A stretch of DNA of 64,000 nucleotides from an uncultured Spirochaetota bacterium (GCA_963734545.1 CAVTHO010000006.1:192001-256000); one strand, 5' to 3'. Positions 10,134 through 21,183 are shown, counted from the first letter of the stretch. Notes: generated by a model from the letters alone, not told the origin. A program made the numbers and translations.

Positions 10134-11047
10134 AAGAGGTGCGATGGGAGCGGATGTTTCCCGACACGCTGGAGGCCGCGTTCGCCGAATGCCCCGTCGT
10201 GTACTTCCCCTACGGGATGATCGAGCCCCACGGACCGCAGAATGCCCTCGGCCTGGACGGGCTGAAAGCGCACGCGATTGCCTGCCGGGCCGCGCAGGAG
10301 CACGGCGGCATCGTCGCGCCGCCCGACTACTGGCACATCCACGAAATCGGCGGCTATGGTCTGTGGGCATCGCGGATGATCGGCGAGGTGGAGAGAAAAT
10401 GGCTGAGCTCGGTTCCGCCCGCCGTACATTTCCGGAACCTCTGCTACCACGTCCGCGCGGCTGACGCTCTCGGTTTCCATGCGGCAATCCTCCTCACCGG
10501 CCACTACGGGCCGAACTGGCGCGACTTGAAGACCGTGATCGAGCTGCTCCAGCCGCACGTGGGCACCCGGCTCTTCGGGCTGCCAGATTTCGAGGCGAAT
10601 GATCCGGGCTTCGACCGCGACGGGATGAGCAAGGCTGACCACGCCGGCAAGGTCGAGACCTCCCTGCTCATGGCGCTGGAGCCCTCGTGCAGCGACCTCA
10701 GCCGGCTGCCGCCCGCGACATCCTTCGACGACGGCGCAAAACCCGCCGGTACCCCCTGGGCAATGGGTCCTGATGCGGCCCTGTCGGACCGGCGCACCGG
10801 CGACCGCATGGTCGCGGACGAGGTTTCCTATCTCGGCACTTTGGCGCGCAAGCTGCTTGCCGATTACAAACGCCTGTCCCCGCGACATACTTTTCGCACC
10901 TTCGAGGATGTCGAGCGGGTCTGGAAAGCGGAGATTGCGCCGCGGATCGAAGACTTCGAGTGCGTAAAGCAGGATTTCGACGGCTCCGGTGACCGGGTCC
11001 CGGCGTCATCCGTCTGGAGCGAGAATCTTCGCAACCCGTCAGAATAG
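10130..11047 (+). CDS. Creatininase-family amidohydrolase
   Basis: GMIEPHG...LGLD, LTGHYG, DHAGKVETS; ATGA overlap with the ada-like stop. Confidence 0.85.
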   Translation: MKEVRWERMFPDTLEAAFAECPVVYFPYGMIEPHGPQNALGLDGLKAHAIACRAAQEHGGIVAPPDYWHIHEIGGYGLWASRMIGEVERKWLSSVPPAVHFRNLCYHVRAADALGFHAAILLTGHYGPNWRDLKTVIELLQPHVGTRLFGLPDFEANDPGFDRDGMSKADHAGKVETSLLMALEPSCSDLSRLPPATSFDDGAKPAGTPWAMGPDAALSDRRTGDRMVADEVSYLGTLARKLLADYKRLSPRHTFRTFEDVERVWKAEIAPRIEDFECVKQDFDGSGDRVPASSVWSENLRNPSE

Positions 11048-11061
11048 GCCAAATATTTGTC

Positions 11062-11118
11062 TTGACATCTTGTTTTGAGGGTGTTACAATATTAGAGTAT
11101 TAGTCAATTAGTACACTA
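11062..11118 (+). promoter_or_regulatory. Promoter TTGACA-N17-TACAAT plus YtrA-type operator TAGAGTATTAGTCAATTAGTACACTA (11093-11118)
   Basis: Hexamers at 11062-11067 and 11085-11090; imperfect palindrome resembling GntR/YtrA boxes, upstream of a YtrA-type operon. Confidence 0.75.
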
Positions 11119-11133
11119 AATAGGAGGATTACT

Positions 11134-12000
11134 GTGATCCAAGTTAGAGACATGAGCTTCAGCTATTCGAGAGAGAAGCTTTTCTCCCACCTCGATCTGA
11201 CTCTGGAACCCGGCAACATCTACGGTCTCCTTGGGAAAAACGGTGCCGGAAAAACAACGCTCCTGAAGCTGATCTCCGGGCTTCGTTACGCGCAGAGCGG
11301 AACCATCCGGGTTCTCGGGTACGATCCAGGAACCCGTCCCGTGCACCTGCTGGATGAAATATTCTCCGTTCCCGAGGAGCTCTTCATCCCGCCCCTGCTG
11401 CCCTCGACATACGTGAGCCTCTATGCGCCGTTCTATCCCCGGTTCGATCATGCGGAGCTCGCGCACCTGATGAAAGAGTTCGAGCTGGAGCAGGGTAAGA
11501 AGCTGTCCTCCCTCTCCTACGGCCAGAAGAAGAAGTTCGTGCTTGCATTCGGGCTCGCGTCGGGCTGCAAGGTGCTCCTCCTGGACGAGCCGACCAATGG
11601 GCTGGACATACCTTCCAAGGGCCAGTTCCGCAAGCTGCTCACCCGGGCAACCCGGGAGGATCGGATCATACTGATCTCCACGCACCAGGTGCGGGACATG
11701 GAAAACCTGATCGACCCGCTCATCGTGCTCGACCAGGGCAGGATCATCTTCCAGCAGCCGATGAGCGAGGTCACACGGAGACTCACCGCGCACCTGCAAG
11801 CCGCCGAGCCTGCCGGCGACGGCATTCTCTACTCGGACCGCACCATAGGCGGCTGGGTCGTGGTCACCGTCAATACCGGAGGCGAAGAGACGCGCCTGGA
11901 CCTGGAGACCCTGTTCAACACGGTGATCGGAAATCCCGATCGGGTGGACGCGATTTTCCGCGCGCAGGCCGCGGGGGTGACGGAGGTGCCCCGTGCATAA
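11134..12000 (+). CDS. ABC transporter ATP-binding protein (YtrB-like)
   Basis: GKNGAGKTT, LSYGQ, LLLDEP; AGGAGG RBS. Confidence 0.92.
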   Translation: MIQVRDMSFSYSREKLFSHLDLTLEPGNIYGLLGKNGAGKTTLLKLISGLRYAQSGTIRVLGYDPGTRPVHLLDEIFSVPEELFIPPLLPSTYVSLYAPFYPRFDHAELAHLMKEFELEQGKKLSSLSYGQKKKFVLAFGLASGCKVLLLDEPTNGLDIPSKGQFRKLLTRATREDRIILISTHQVRDMENLIDPLIVLDQGRIIFQQPMSEVTRRLTAHLQAAEPAGDGILYSDRTIGGWVVVTVNTGGEETRLDLETLFNTVIGNPDRVDAIFRAQAAGVTEVPRA

Positions 12001-12811
12001 AACCATCAGACTCGAAGGAACCTTCAACCCGCGGAGACTCTACCTGCTCCTGCGCCGGGACCTTGCCCATGGGTACCGGGCCGTTCTGATCGCCATGGCC
12101 GCGGTCGGGGGGGTCCTCATCGTTTTCTCTTTCCTGTCGATGCTGGGCAGGCCCGGGCAGGACTTCTACACGCCGTTCTACGTCGGTCTCCTGTTCCTCG
12201 GTGGGTTCCTGTTCTCGAGCAGCGTGTTCAAGGAAATGCATCAGCAGGGGTCAGGTCCCTTCTACCTGACCCTGCCCGGTACGTCCCTGGAGAAGCTGGT
12301 GAGCAAGCTCTTCGTCACTTCCGTGGGCTATGCCGCGGCAATCCTCGTCTTCATGACAGGGGCTTCGGCGGTGAGCGAGCTGATCAACAGGGCGGTCTTC
12401 GGCGCCGGCCACGCATGGTTCAACCCTCTCAGCCTGCCGAACCTCAAGAGCGCAGCGGTCTATCTGGTCTGCCAGAGCGTCTTCCTGCTCGGATCGGTGT
12501 GGTTCCGCAAGGTGGTCTTTCTGAAGATCCTGCTTGCCGAGAGTATCGTGTTCGTGGGCCTGGCGATCATCGCCGCCGTCACCTTCCGCATTGCGTTCTG
12601 GGGTCTCTTCACGGGCGGCCACCTGAGGCCGGAGGTGATCCAGATATTCTCCCAGGGATTCGGGAGCTTCACGGTGAACGGCAAGGCGGCCGAAGCTCTC
12701 AACCGCGGCTCGCAGGTATTCCTCACGATCGTGCGCGTGCTCTTCTGGGCGGCGCTCGCGCCGGTCTGCTGGGTGGCAGCGTACTTCCGGCTTCAGGAAA
12801 CCGAGGTCTAG
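11993..12811 (+). CDS. ABC-2-type permease / membrane protein
   Basis: About 6 hydrophobic segments, LTLP...EK.VSK motif, sits between the ATPase and GntR genes. Confidence 0.8.
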   Translation: MHKTIRLEGTFNPRRLYLLLRRDLAHGYRAVLIAMAAVGGVLIVFSFLSMLGRPGQDFYTPFYVGLLFLGGFLFSSSVFKEMHQQGSGPFYLTLPGTSLEKLVSKLFVTSVGYAAAILVFMTGASAVSELINRAVFGAGHAWFNPLSLPNLKSAAVYLVCQSVFLLGSVWFRKVVFLKILLAESIVFVGLAIIAAVTFRIAFWGLFTGGHLRPEVIQIFSQGFGSFTVNGKAAEALNRGSQVFLTIVRVLFWAALAPVCWVAAYFRLQETEV

Positions 12812-12812
12812 G

Positions 12813-13172
12813 ATGGAGTTCCGCGAGAGCCAGGCCATCTATCTGCAGATCGCGGATATGGTGTGCGAAAACGTGTTGAGCGGCTCCTGGAAGCCGGGTG
12901 ACCGTGTGCCTGCCATTCGGGAGCTCGCGGAGAGCATCGAGGTCAACCCCAACACTGTCGTGCGCGCGTATTCTTTTCTGCAAGAGCACGGCATCATCCA
13001 CAACCAGCGCGGAATCGGATACTTTGTCGCAGAGAATGCCCGCGAGATCACACGGGACCTGGAAAGGAAGCGGTTTCTCGGCAGCGAGCTTCCGCGGGTC
13101 TTCAGGACCATGAAGCTGCTGGACATCGATATCGACGAACTGCGGAGGCTGTACGAAATGGAGGCAAAGTGA
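12813..13172 (+). CDS. GntR/YtrA-subfamily regulator
   Basis: IYLQIAD, PAIRELA, VNPNTV.RAY, RGIGYFV; short C-terminal domain. Confidence 0.93.
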   Translation: MEFRESQAIYLQIADMVCENVLSGSWKPGDRVPAIRELAESIEVNPNTVVRAYSFLQEHGIIHNQRGIGYFVAENAREITRDLERKRFLGSELPRVFRTMKLLDIDIDELRRLYEMEAK

Positions 13173-13291
13173 TGAAAAAAAGCATGACCGTTCTGCTCGT
13201 TGCCATCGGGATCGTCGTTGCGCTGATCGTCGCGTACGCCGTTTTCGCGCGCGTGAACATCGGCGGGCTGCTCACCGGAGCGAGCGTGTGA
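13172..13291 (+). CDS. 39-aa single-TM small protein
   Basis: MKKSMTVLLVAIGIVVALIVAYAVFARVNIGGLLTGASV; TGATG coupling to the gntR stop, GGAGG upstream, terminator immediately after. Confidence 0.65.
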   Translation: MKKSMTVLLVAIGIVVALIVAYAVFARVNIGGLLTGASV

Positions 13292-13295
13292 CCTG

Positions 13296-13324
13296 ATGGG
13301 GGGAGGCTTCGGCCTCCCCGTCTT
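13296..13324 (+). terminator. Hairpin terminator with TTCG loop
   Basis: GGGGAGGC-TTCG-GCCTCCCC followed by GTCTT. Confidence 0.65.
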
Positions 13325-13387
13325 CGAGGCGCAGCGCGCCTCCATTCTTGCCAGAGCCCGCACCTTCCTTGTATTCTCCTCCTGCCT

Positions 13388-14784
13388 ATGAAACCGAGAA
13401 ACCACGCGAAATTGCTCGCCGCGCTGGCGGAGGAGTACAGCCGCCGCTCGCCACGCTCGTCAGCTCTCAATCAGGAGGCGCTGAAGCACCTCGTGGACGG
13501 CGGGAGCCACTCCATACGTCTCGTGAAGCCTTTTCCGCCGCGCATCGTCTCGGCAAAGGGCGCCTACGTGACGGACGAGGACGGGCACCGGATCCTGGAT
13601 TTCTGGCAGGGCCACCACGCGAACATCCTCGGCCACAATCCGCCCGTGATCACGGAGGAGCTCGCGCGCGCGTTCGCTTCGGGCTGCGGCCTGCAGACCG
13701 GCTTCACGGACGCCGCTGCAGGTGCAGACCGCGGAGATACTCTGTGCCAGAACGGGCGCTGAGAAGGTCCGCTTCACCTCCAGCGGTTCACTGGCCACCA
13801 TGTACGCGATCCTCCTTTCCCGCGCGTTCACCGGAAGAGAAAGGGTGATGAAGGTCGGCGGCGGCTGGCACGGCGCCCAGCCGTGGGGGCTCGTCGGCGT
13901 GGACTACCACGCGGAGAACCGCCACAGCTTCGAGCAGACGGAGAGCAGGGGACTTCCCAGCGCGGTGGCGGACCAGGTGATCGTGACCGGATTCAACGAC
14001 ACGGCCATGCTGGAGGAGCAGTTCAAGAAGCACGGCGGACGGGTGGCCTGCTTCATATTCGAGCCGTTCATGGGCTCGGGCGGCTGTCTGCCGGCCGAGC
14101 CGGGAGTTTCTCGCCGCCGCGCGCGCGCTGACCCGGAAGCACGGCGCGCTTCTCATCTTCGACGAGGTGATATCGGGCTTCCGGTTCTGCGCGGGCAGCT
14201 CCTCGCGGCTTTTCGGCGTGCAGCCCGACCTCGCCACTTTCGCGAAGATCATGGGCGGCGGGATGCCCGTTGCCGCGGTCGCGGGCAGGGCGGATGTCAT
14301 GCAGCTTGCCGGACGGGGAGGAGGAGTGAAGTTCTCGGGCGGCACCTACTCCTGCCACCCCGCCTCCCTGCTCGCTTCGCGCGTAATGATGGAGCACCTC
14401 GTGGCAGAGGAGCGGCAGGTGTACCCGCTGATCGCCCGGCAGGGGGAGAAGGCCCGGCGCACGGTCGAGGAGGCGTTCCGCGCGGAAGGGATTCACGCGA
14501 CCTGCACGGGAGACGGGAACGACGCCCTGCCGGACAGCTCCCTGGCCGCCGTGCATTTCCCTTATGACGCGAAGACAGCGTGCAACGCTCCCGAGCAGAC
14601 ACGCAATCCCGAAGTCTGCGACGTGGAGCTCTCCGACACCGTGCTGCAGCTCGCGCTGCTGCTGGAGGACGTGTTCGTCATGCATGGGCTCGGTTCCGTC
14701 TCCGCCGCGCACACCGAGGAGGACATCGCCCTGCTGGGCGATGCGTGCCGGAGGGCGGGGCGGCGGATCGCGTCATTCCTTTGA
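13388..14784 (+). CDS. Class-III aminotransferase, glutamate-1-semialdehyde aminomutase-like (frameshifts near 13712 and 14100)
   Basis: SAKGAYVTDEDG, KVRFTSSG, LIFDEVISGFR, TFAKIMGGG, SGGTYS spread over three frames. Confidence 0.85.
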
Positions 14785-16167
14785 TCACCTGCAGCCGTGA
14801 ACAGGGCGAGCGGCTCGGCCGCGCGGTGCGCTTTCGTACCGTGACCCTCGCTTCGGGGGACCCCCTTTCCCAGCCCGGCTACGGCGAGTTTCGCGGCTTC
14901 GAGGAGTTTCTCCGCCGGGAGTTTCCCCGCGCGTCCCAGGCGCTGCGATGGGAAGCCCCCAGTCCCCTTGCATTGCTCCTCACCTGGGAGCCGGCTGATT
15001 CGGAGAAGACGCAGCCCGCCGTCCTCCTGTACGCGCATTATGACGTGGTTCCCGCCGGCATCGACGCCGGCTGGTCGCACCCTCCGTTTTCCGGTGACCT
15101 GGCCGACGGTTTCGTCTGGGGCCGGGGAACCCTGGATGACAAGGGCACCCTGCTCGGGATCCTGGAGGCGACCGAAGGGCTGCTCGCGGAGGGCTTTCGT
15201 CCGCGCCGGACAATCCTTCTTGCATTCGGCGGTGACGAGGAGACGAGCGGCCGGCTCGGGGCGGCGGCAATCGCCGGTGCCCTTGCCGCGCGCGGGGTGC
15301 GTCTCTCCTGCGTCCTGGACGAAGGCTCGGTCATCAGCGAGCGCGTCATGCCTTTCATTCGGCCGGCCCGTGGCCATGGTCGGAGTGGCGGAAAAGGGAT
15401 TCGCGAACGTCGAGATCGTCGTGGAAGGCAGGGCCGGCCACGCCTCCATGCCGGGCAGGGGGACCTCGGCCGGGGCGCTCGCGGCCGTTGTGGCGGCGAT
15501 CGAGCGCCGGCGTTTTCCCGCGCGGCTCACGCCCACTGTCCTGCGGTTCTTCCGCGCCCTCGCGCCCCACGCGGGCGGTCTTCCGGGTCTTGGCCTGAGG
15601 TTCCTGCGCCCCCTCTGGCCGCTCCTCCGCCGCAGGCTCTCCGCCGAACGGTCGATGGATGCGCTGGTCCGTACCACGCAGGCGGTGACGATCCTGCGTG
15701 CCGGTGAAAAGGAGAATGTCATCCCGCACGAGTCCCGGGCCGTGATCAATCTGCGGCTGCTTCCGGGTGACTCCTCGCAGTCCGCGCTGGCGCGCATAGA
15801 AAAGATCGCCCGCCGCAGCCTTCCACGGGGTTTCACCCTGCGGGCGGCATTCCTCGAAGGCACGACGAGGAGCGAGCCGGTTCCCGAGACCCGGCCGGAC
15901 CCGTCCCTCTGGAAAGTCATCGACGAATCCATACACGAAGTCTGCCCGCCCGCAATAGTGGCGCCGTTCCTCGTGGTCGTGTACACTGACTCGCGAAAGT
16001 TTGTCGACCTGACCGCGTGCATCGTGCGCCTGCTTCCGATTGTTCTCGGTTCCGAGGAGCTGGCCAGGATCCACGCATTCGACGAACGGATATCGCTGGA
16101 AAACTACGGCCGCATGATACGCTTCTACGGGACCTTCATCCGCGGAGCGGGGAGCGCCCTGACGTGA
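14781..16167 (+). CDS. M20-family peptidase/amidohydrolase (frameshift near 15358)
   Basis: AHYDVVP, WGRGTLDDKG, GGDEE, GHASMP, TDSR, IHAFDE; TTG start overlapping the upstream stop. Confidence 0.85.
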
Positions 16168-17183
16168 AAGCAGTGTACGGTTTTCTCAAGTCGGTCCGGC
16201 TGACGATCGTGCTCGTCCTCGTGATTGCGGCGCTTTCCCTGGTCGCCTCCCTCGTTCCCCAGGGCAGACCCGATGCGTGGTATGGGTCGCACTACCCCCC
16301 GGCCCTCTCCGACCTTATCCGGTTCGCGGGTCTTCCCCGGTTTTTCAGCTCAGTCGGTTTTCTCGCTCCTGCCTTTCTTCTCACGTTGAACCTGGCAGTG
16401 TGCGCCGTTGACAGGATGATCCGCCGGGTGAAGAACAAGGCGAAACCGCGCTACGGACCCGACCTCGTTCACCTCGGGCTTCTCGTCCTCATTGCGGGGG
16501 GACTGGTAACGGCACTCGGACGGCAGGAGACCACGTGGTCCCTCGCCGTGGGGGAGGATGCCGCTCTCAGCTCTACCTACGCGCTGCACCTGCTGTCCCT
16601 GCAGTTTCTGAAATACGACAACGGAGCCCCGAAGGAATGGACCTCGACCGTGCGTGTCACCCGCGACGGAAATGTTGAAATCCCCTCTTTTCCCATCCGG
16701 GTGAACCAGCCGCTGCGCCTCAAGGGTCTCAGCGTCTACCAGGCGGCGTGGGAGCTGCAGGGCACCCTGGACCTGCGGGAGGCCGGGGGAGAGGCGGTGA
16801 CCGCAACCACCGGGCAGGGCTTCCCCCTTGGCGACTCGTTCTGGTACTTCGCGGAAGCGCAGAAGACCCGGGACGCATGGAGCATCGTTGCCGTGGAATA
16901 CAAGGGCAGGGAGATGAGGCCTGTCTCCACGCGCGAGCTGCGGGCGGGAGACGTGCTCGGTCCCTACACTGTGACGGGCATAACGGCCCGGGAGATCACC
17001 GGGCTGAAGGCGGTAAGTGATCCGGGTTTTGCGCCGTTTCTGGCCGCGCTGGGGATTATTGTTCTCGGGCTCTGCCTGACATTTATCCAATCGCGGTACG
17101 GGAGTACCCGTTCGGCGAGTACGCCGTACCCCGCGGATTCTGCGCCGCGGGACCCCGCGGAGTCGGGTGAGGCCGCGACATGA
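16164..17183 (+). CDS. resB: Cytochrome c biogenesis protein ResB/CcsB
   Basis: SLVPQ, LVHLGLLV, IRVNQPL.....VYQ, DPG motifs; upstream of ccsA. Confidence 0.8.
   Translation: MKAVYGFLKSVRLTIVLVLVIAALSLVASLVPQGRPDAWYGSHYPPALSDLIRFAGLPRFFSSVGFLAPAFLLTLNLAVCAVDRMIRRVKNKAKPRYGPDLVHLGLLVLIAGGLVTALGRQETTWSLAVGEDAALSSTYALHLLSLQFLKYDNGAPKEWTSTVRVTRDGNVEIPSFPIRVNQPLRLKGLSVYQAAWELQGTLDLREAGGEAVTATTGQGFPLGDSFWYFAEAQKTRDAWSIVAVEYKGREMRPVSTRELRAGDVLGPYTVTGITAREITGLKAVSDPGFAPFLAALGIIVLGLCLTFIQSRYGSTRSASTPYPADSAPRDPAESGEAAT
17089..17164. repeat. RAAT-hairpin tandem (2 units, minus-strand polarity) carrying the 26-nt double-hairpin insert between GTAC duplicates (17096-17129)
   Basis: GTAC GGGAGTACCC GTTC GGCGAGTACGCC GTAC, identical to 38993-39026. 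Confidence 0.85.
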
Positions 17184-17971
17184 CCGCAACCCTCGGTCTC
17201 CTCTGCATTGCCCTTGCCGCGGTCCTGCAGGCGGGCTTCCTCCTGAGGCGTGAAAACCGCCGCGACCCGGTCTCTCACTGGCTGCTCCTTGCCGCCGCGC
17301 TCCTGCTCTTTGCCACCCTCGCGCAGAGGAGCTTCCGGATAAGCTTCGTCGCCGTCACGAACACCTACGAGTCGCTGGTGTTTTTCTCCGCGGCAATCTG
17401 CGTGGTGCTCTTCGGTCTGCGTCTTGCGCCTCAGAACGCAGGGGCATGTCGCCGTTCGTGATGTTCGGCGCCACATTCGTGTGTCTCGCGCTCCTGATGC
17501 TTTCCTCTTCACCCCTGGCGCCCCGGGACATCCAGCCGCCCATCCCCGCCCTCCAGTCCTTCTGGCTCGTCCTGCACGTCACGTTCTCCTTCATCGGAGA
17601 GGCTTTCTTCGTCGTGAGCTTCGTCGCTGCCATCGGCCTTCCTGGCCGCGCGGAACGAGGACCGGCGCGCCGACATGGACCGGCTGATGGCCACCTCCAT
17701 CGGCATCGGGTACCCGATCTTCACGGCGGGAGCGCTCGTCTTCGGAGCCATCTGGGCGGAGACGGCGTGGGGAAGCTGGTGGAGCTGGGATCCCAAGGAG
17801 ATCTGGGCGCTGATCACGTGGCTGATCTATACCGCCTACCTGCATACGCGCCTCGTGCGGAAGATGCGCGGCAGGGTCTCGGCCGTGCTCGTCATCGTGG
17901 GGTTCCTCGCCACGCTGTTCACTTTTTTCGGCGTGAACTTCCTGCTCTCCGGGCTGCACAGCTACGGCTGA
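17180..17971 (+). CDS. ccsA: Cytochrome c biogenesis protein CcsA/ResC (frameshifts near 17445 and 17640)
   Basis: NTYESL, LQSFWLVLHV, WGSWWSWDPKE (WWD domain), YLH, GLHSY over three frames. Confidence 0.88.
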
Positions 17972-18493
17972 GACCGCGCCGCCTGCTCGAAAAGCTTCTC
18001 CAGCGCTTCGTTCGTTGGTCACCGCACGCCGCGACCACTTCCCGCGCCCACGCGACGTATTCCCGCTTTCTCCGCGCGCTCCACCCCACGGGAGGGCTCT
18101 CGGCGATGGAGCGAAGATTGGCGATCTTGTCCGCGATCTTGATCATCCGCGCACGGCGCGATTTCTTCGGGGCGCTCTCCACCTGCTGTCTCTTGCGCGA
18201 TCTCCCGGTCCAGGCGGGTGTCGTCCGTGACCTCGACGACGAGCGACGCGACATCATCCCCGAAAGCCTCGGCCAGCTCCTCGCGGTGTCGTGTCCGTGT
18301 CTTCTATCGTGTCATGCAGGAGTCCGGCCATGACCAGGGCAGGGTCGGCGCCGTCGGTGGCCTCGGCAAGGAGCAGCGCCACCTCGGTGAGATGATTGAC
18401 GTAGGGCTCCGCCTTCAGGCCCTTGCGCCGCTGCCCCGCGTGCCGGCGCGCGGCGAAATCCAGGGCCCGGGCGATACCGACGATCCCGTTCAT
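17962..18493 (-). CDS. HD-domain hydrolase, RelA/SpoT-type small alarmone hydrolase (Mesh1-like); frameshifted
   Basis: FAARRHAGQRRK...EPYVNH...AGLLHDTIEDT, then IKIADKIANL in another frame. Confidence 0.8.
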
Positions 18494-18500
18494 GCGTCTC

Positions 18501-21183
18501 TCAGGGCCGCAGGGAGCCGCTGAACCGCCGGTTTTCCAGGAGCGTGTGGTCGATCGACCCAGTCCTTCAGGAACTCCACGATTGTCTGCAGGGCGTCCAC
18601 CGGCGCGTTCTCCAGCGTACTTGTGGAAGCCTTCCACCTTTCTCAGGAACTCCGCGTGCTCGCGCAGGGCCGCGTCGTAGCCCCGCGCCGGGTCGCCGCG
18701 CGGAGAGGGTCTCTTCATACTGCAGGTGCGTGCGCGCCAGGTCGACAAGGCTGTCCACCGTGTCCCGTCACGTCCCCCGCGGGTTCGCGGCCCTCGGCCA
18801 CCGCCGCGAGGCTGTCGATCAGCTCGAAGAGCACGCGGTGCTGCTCGTCGATGTCGGGAATGCCCACCACGTAGGAGTCGTTCCATTCGAACCTGACCTC
18901 GGCGCGGAAGCTCTTCAGCCTCCGTTCGTACGTCTCCATCAGCTTCCACTGCACGACGGGAATGTCCTCCAGGACTTCCGCGGGGATCGCGTACGTGACG
19001 GAGTCCAGCAGCGCGCGGGCCTCGAAGAGGTGATGTACCCTTCCTCCCGGCCCGGCCTCGGGGGACGGCGGAACCGCTGCTGCCAGTCCGCCGGGCAGCT
19101 CCCTGCGCGCCGCGCATCATCGTCTCTTCCCCGAAGAAGCCGCCCGGCTTCAGGTTCTCGATGGAGTGCGCGCCCAGGAAAACGGTCACGAGCCCCTCGG
19201 CCAGGAGGATGATCTCCGCCGCGGCCCCGGGGCGCGAGCACATCGTCCTCCTTGACCACGCGCTTCTCCATGGCGCGCGCGATCCGGGTCTGGACGGGGA
19301 GCGAGACCATCTCCCCGAACAGCCAGGTGCCCTGGAGGAATCTGCCTGTTGGCATGGACCTGCCGCAGGGAGTCCGTCAAGCCCCGCGCGGGCCAGGAAC
19401 TCCGCATGAGAGCGTCGTGCGGGATGCGCAGGGCGGTGACATTGCTCAGGGCCCGGCAGGTTCGGCAGGGACCTGCGATCCGGAAGACCCTTCCAGCTCT
19501 CCGATCAGGCCGCCTGCGGACATCACGGTGCGCACGTCCGGTACGGGAGTCGTCGAGCTCCACCAGACCGCTCAGGATGAGGTAGAGGTCCTCGCACGGG
19601 CGCGTCGGCCCGCATGGATGAGGTCATCGGGGAGAGAAGCTGACACGCGGGCAGTTGACCAGCATGCCCGATCTCCCGCGCGGATGCGCCCGGGGAAATA
19701 CGCGCGCAGCACACTGCTGCCCGCCCTGCAGCAGGTAGTCGCATGCCCGAGCTGTGCAAGGACGTCCTGCTGGCCGAACGCGGCGCAGGACGCCGATCTT
19801 TTTCTGCGCATCGGTCAGGGGAGCGGAGGTGTGGCTGAGGAAGATCTTCCGCGATGGCGTCGCCGATGAAATCCTCCGCCTTGCCGTGGATCAGCCCGCC
19901 GCCGATGTCGATCTTCTTCACGTTCACCGGCTGTGAGCATTTTCCGCGTGAACGCCTCGTAGAAGGCCCGCGAGATTCCGTTCTTCGCGGATCCGTCGGT
20001 GACCATCTTCTTCAGCACCTCGAAGGAGCTGATGTCCGCCAGGTGCGCGTAGGTCCGGTACCCGCTTCTCCCAGAGCGGCGCGGAAGAAGAAGACGGTCG
20101 TCTCCACGGGGTGCGGGGAGAATACGGGCATGACCTCCAGCCCCTCCAGCGCGGTCCATGCGTCCAGCGCCAGGTCATGCGGCTCGAAGTACTGGTAGAA
20201 CGTGGCCTCGTTCCTCCCGGTGAGCGCGGCGTACTTCTTCACCACGCTGGCCCGCACCGGCGCCGTGGCGATAGTAGGCAATGCGATGGTCCGTGCGCAC
20301 GAGGGAGGTGAGCCCGGCAAAATGATCGTCGTGCGCGTGGGTGTGGAAGATGCCGGCCATCTCGTTGATGCTGATGCCCAGCGCGGTGAGCGTGTACTGG
20401 ATGCCCGGACCCGCGTCGACGAGGTAGACCCGGCCCTGGAAGCAGAGGATGCTCCCCATGCAGGGACGCGTGACGTCCCACCCGTCGCCTTCGCCGACGT
20501 GCACGACGGAGAAGTACTTCCCGGCGCACGTCCTGGAACGCAAGCTGGTAGGTGGGCGAGTATTCCTCCGTGTCCCCGAGGTTGAGGTCCACCGCGACCG
20601 AGTCACCGCCATAGATGAACTCGTACTTGGTTGAAGCCCTTGCGCCGCGCACGAACACCCCGTCACGCAGCTCCACGGCCGGGGTGTCCACGACGCGGAG
20701 GTCCAGGAGGTCCTCCGTGCGGCGGATGTTGTCGAAGGCGAACCATCTCTTGATCCGCAGCATGTCCCGGGCCAGCGCCTCCGGGACACCCGACTCCATG
20801 ATCTCCGCGAGGGACGCGAGGCCGTAGGTGCCGCGGTAGATGTAGCTGCTCTGGCTCTTCACCTGGTCTTCGAGCCCGATCAGCATGGGCTTGCGCCCCG
20901 TGTTGTTCGGATGGTCGGGGAGGATCATGCCCTGCAGGTACAGCATCTGGAGCACCGGAAACTCGGCGAGGTTGGAGAAGCTGCTCTTCTGGATCGTGGT
21001 GTCCGAGAGGAGGATCGCATTGGGTCCCGTCTGGGCCATGACGCCGTTCTTCTCCCGGTCCACGATGAGCCCCGCCTTCGTCAGATGCTTGACGATGTCG
21101 GCCGGACACCCGCAGAGGACGAAGAGGTCCGCCTCCGGGATTTCCACCCAGTAGACGCCGTTCGTCACACGCTGCTTCTGCAT
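18501..21183 (-). CDS. Multidomain metallo-beta-lactamase-fold / cNMP-binding / hemerythrin protein; heavily frameshifted
   Basis: HTHAHDDH MBL motif (about 20320-20345), GGFFGEE cNMP-like motif (about 19125-19145), WNDSYVVGIPDIDEQHRVLF hemerythrin N-terminus (about 18830-18890); fragments colinear from ATG 21183. Confidence 0.75.

Noticed and set aside
19539-19550. 12-bp match CGGTACGGGAGT to the insert
   Set aside because: Inside a coding region with no hairpin continuation; consistent with chance.
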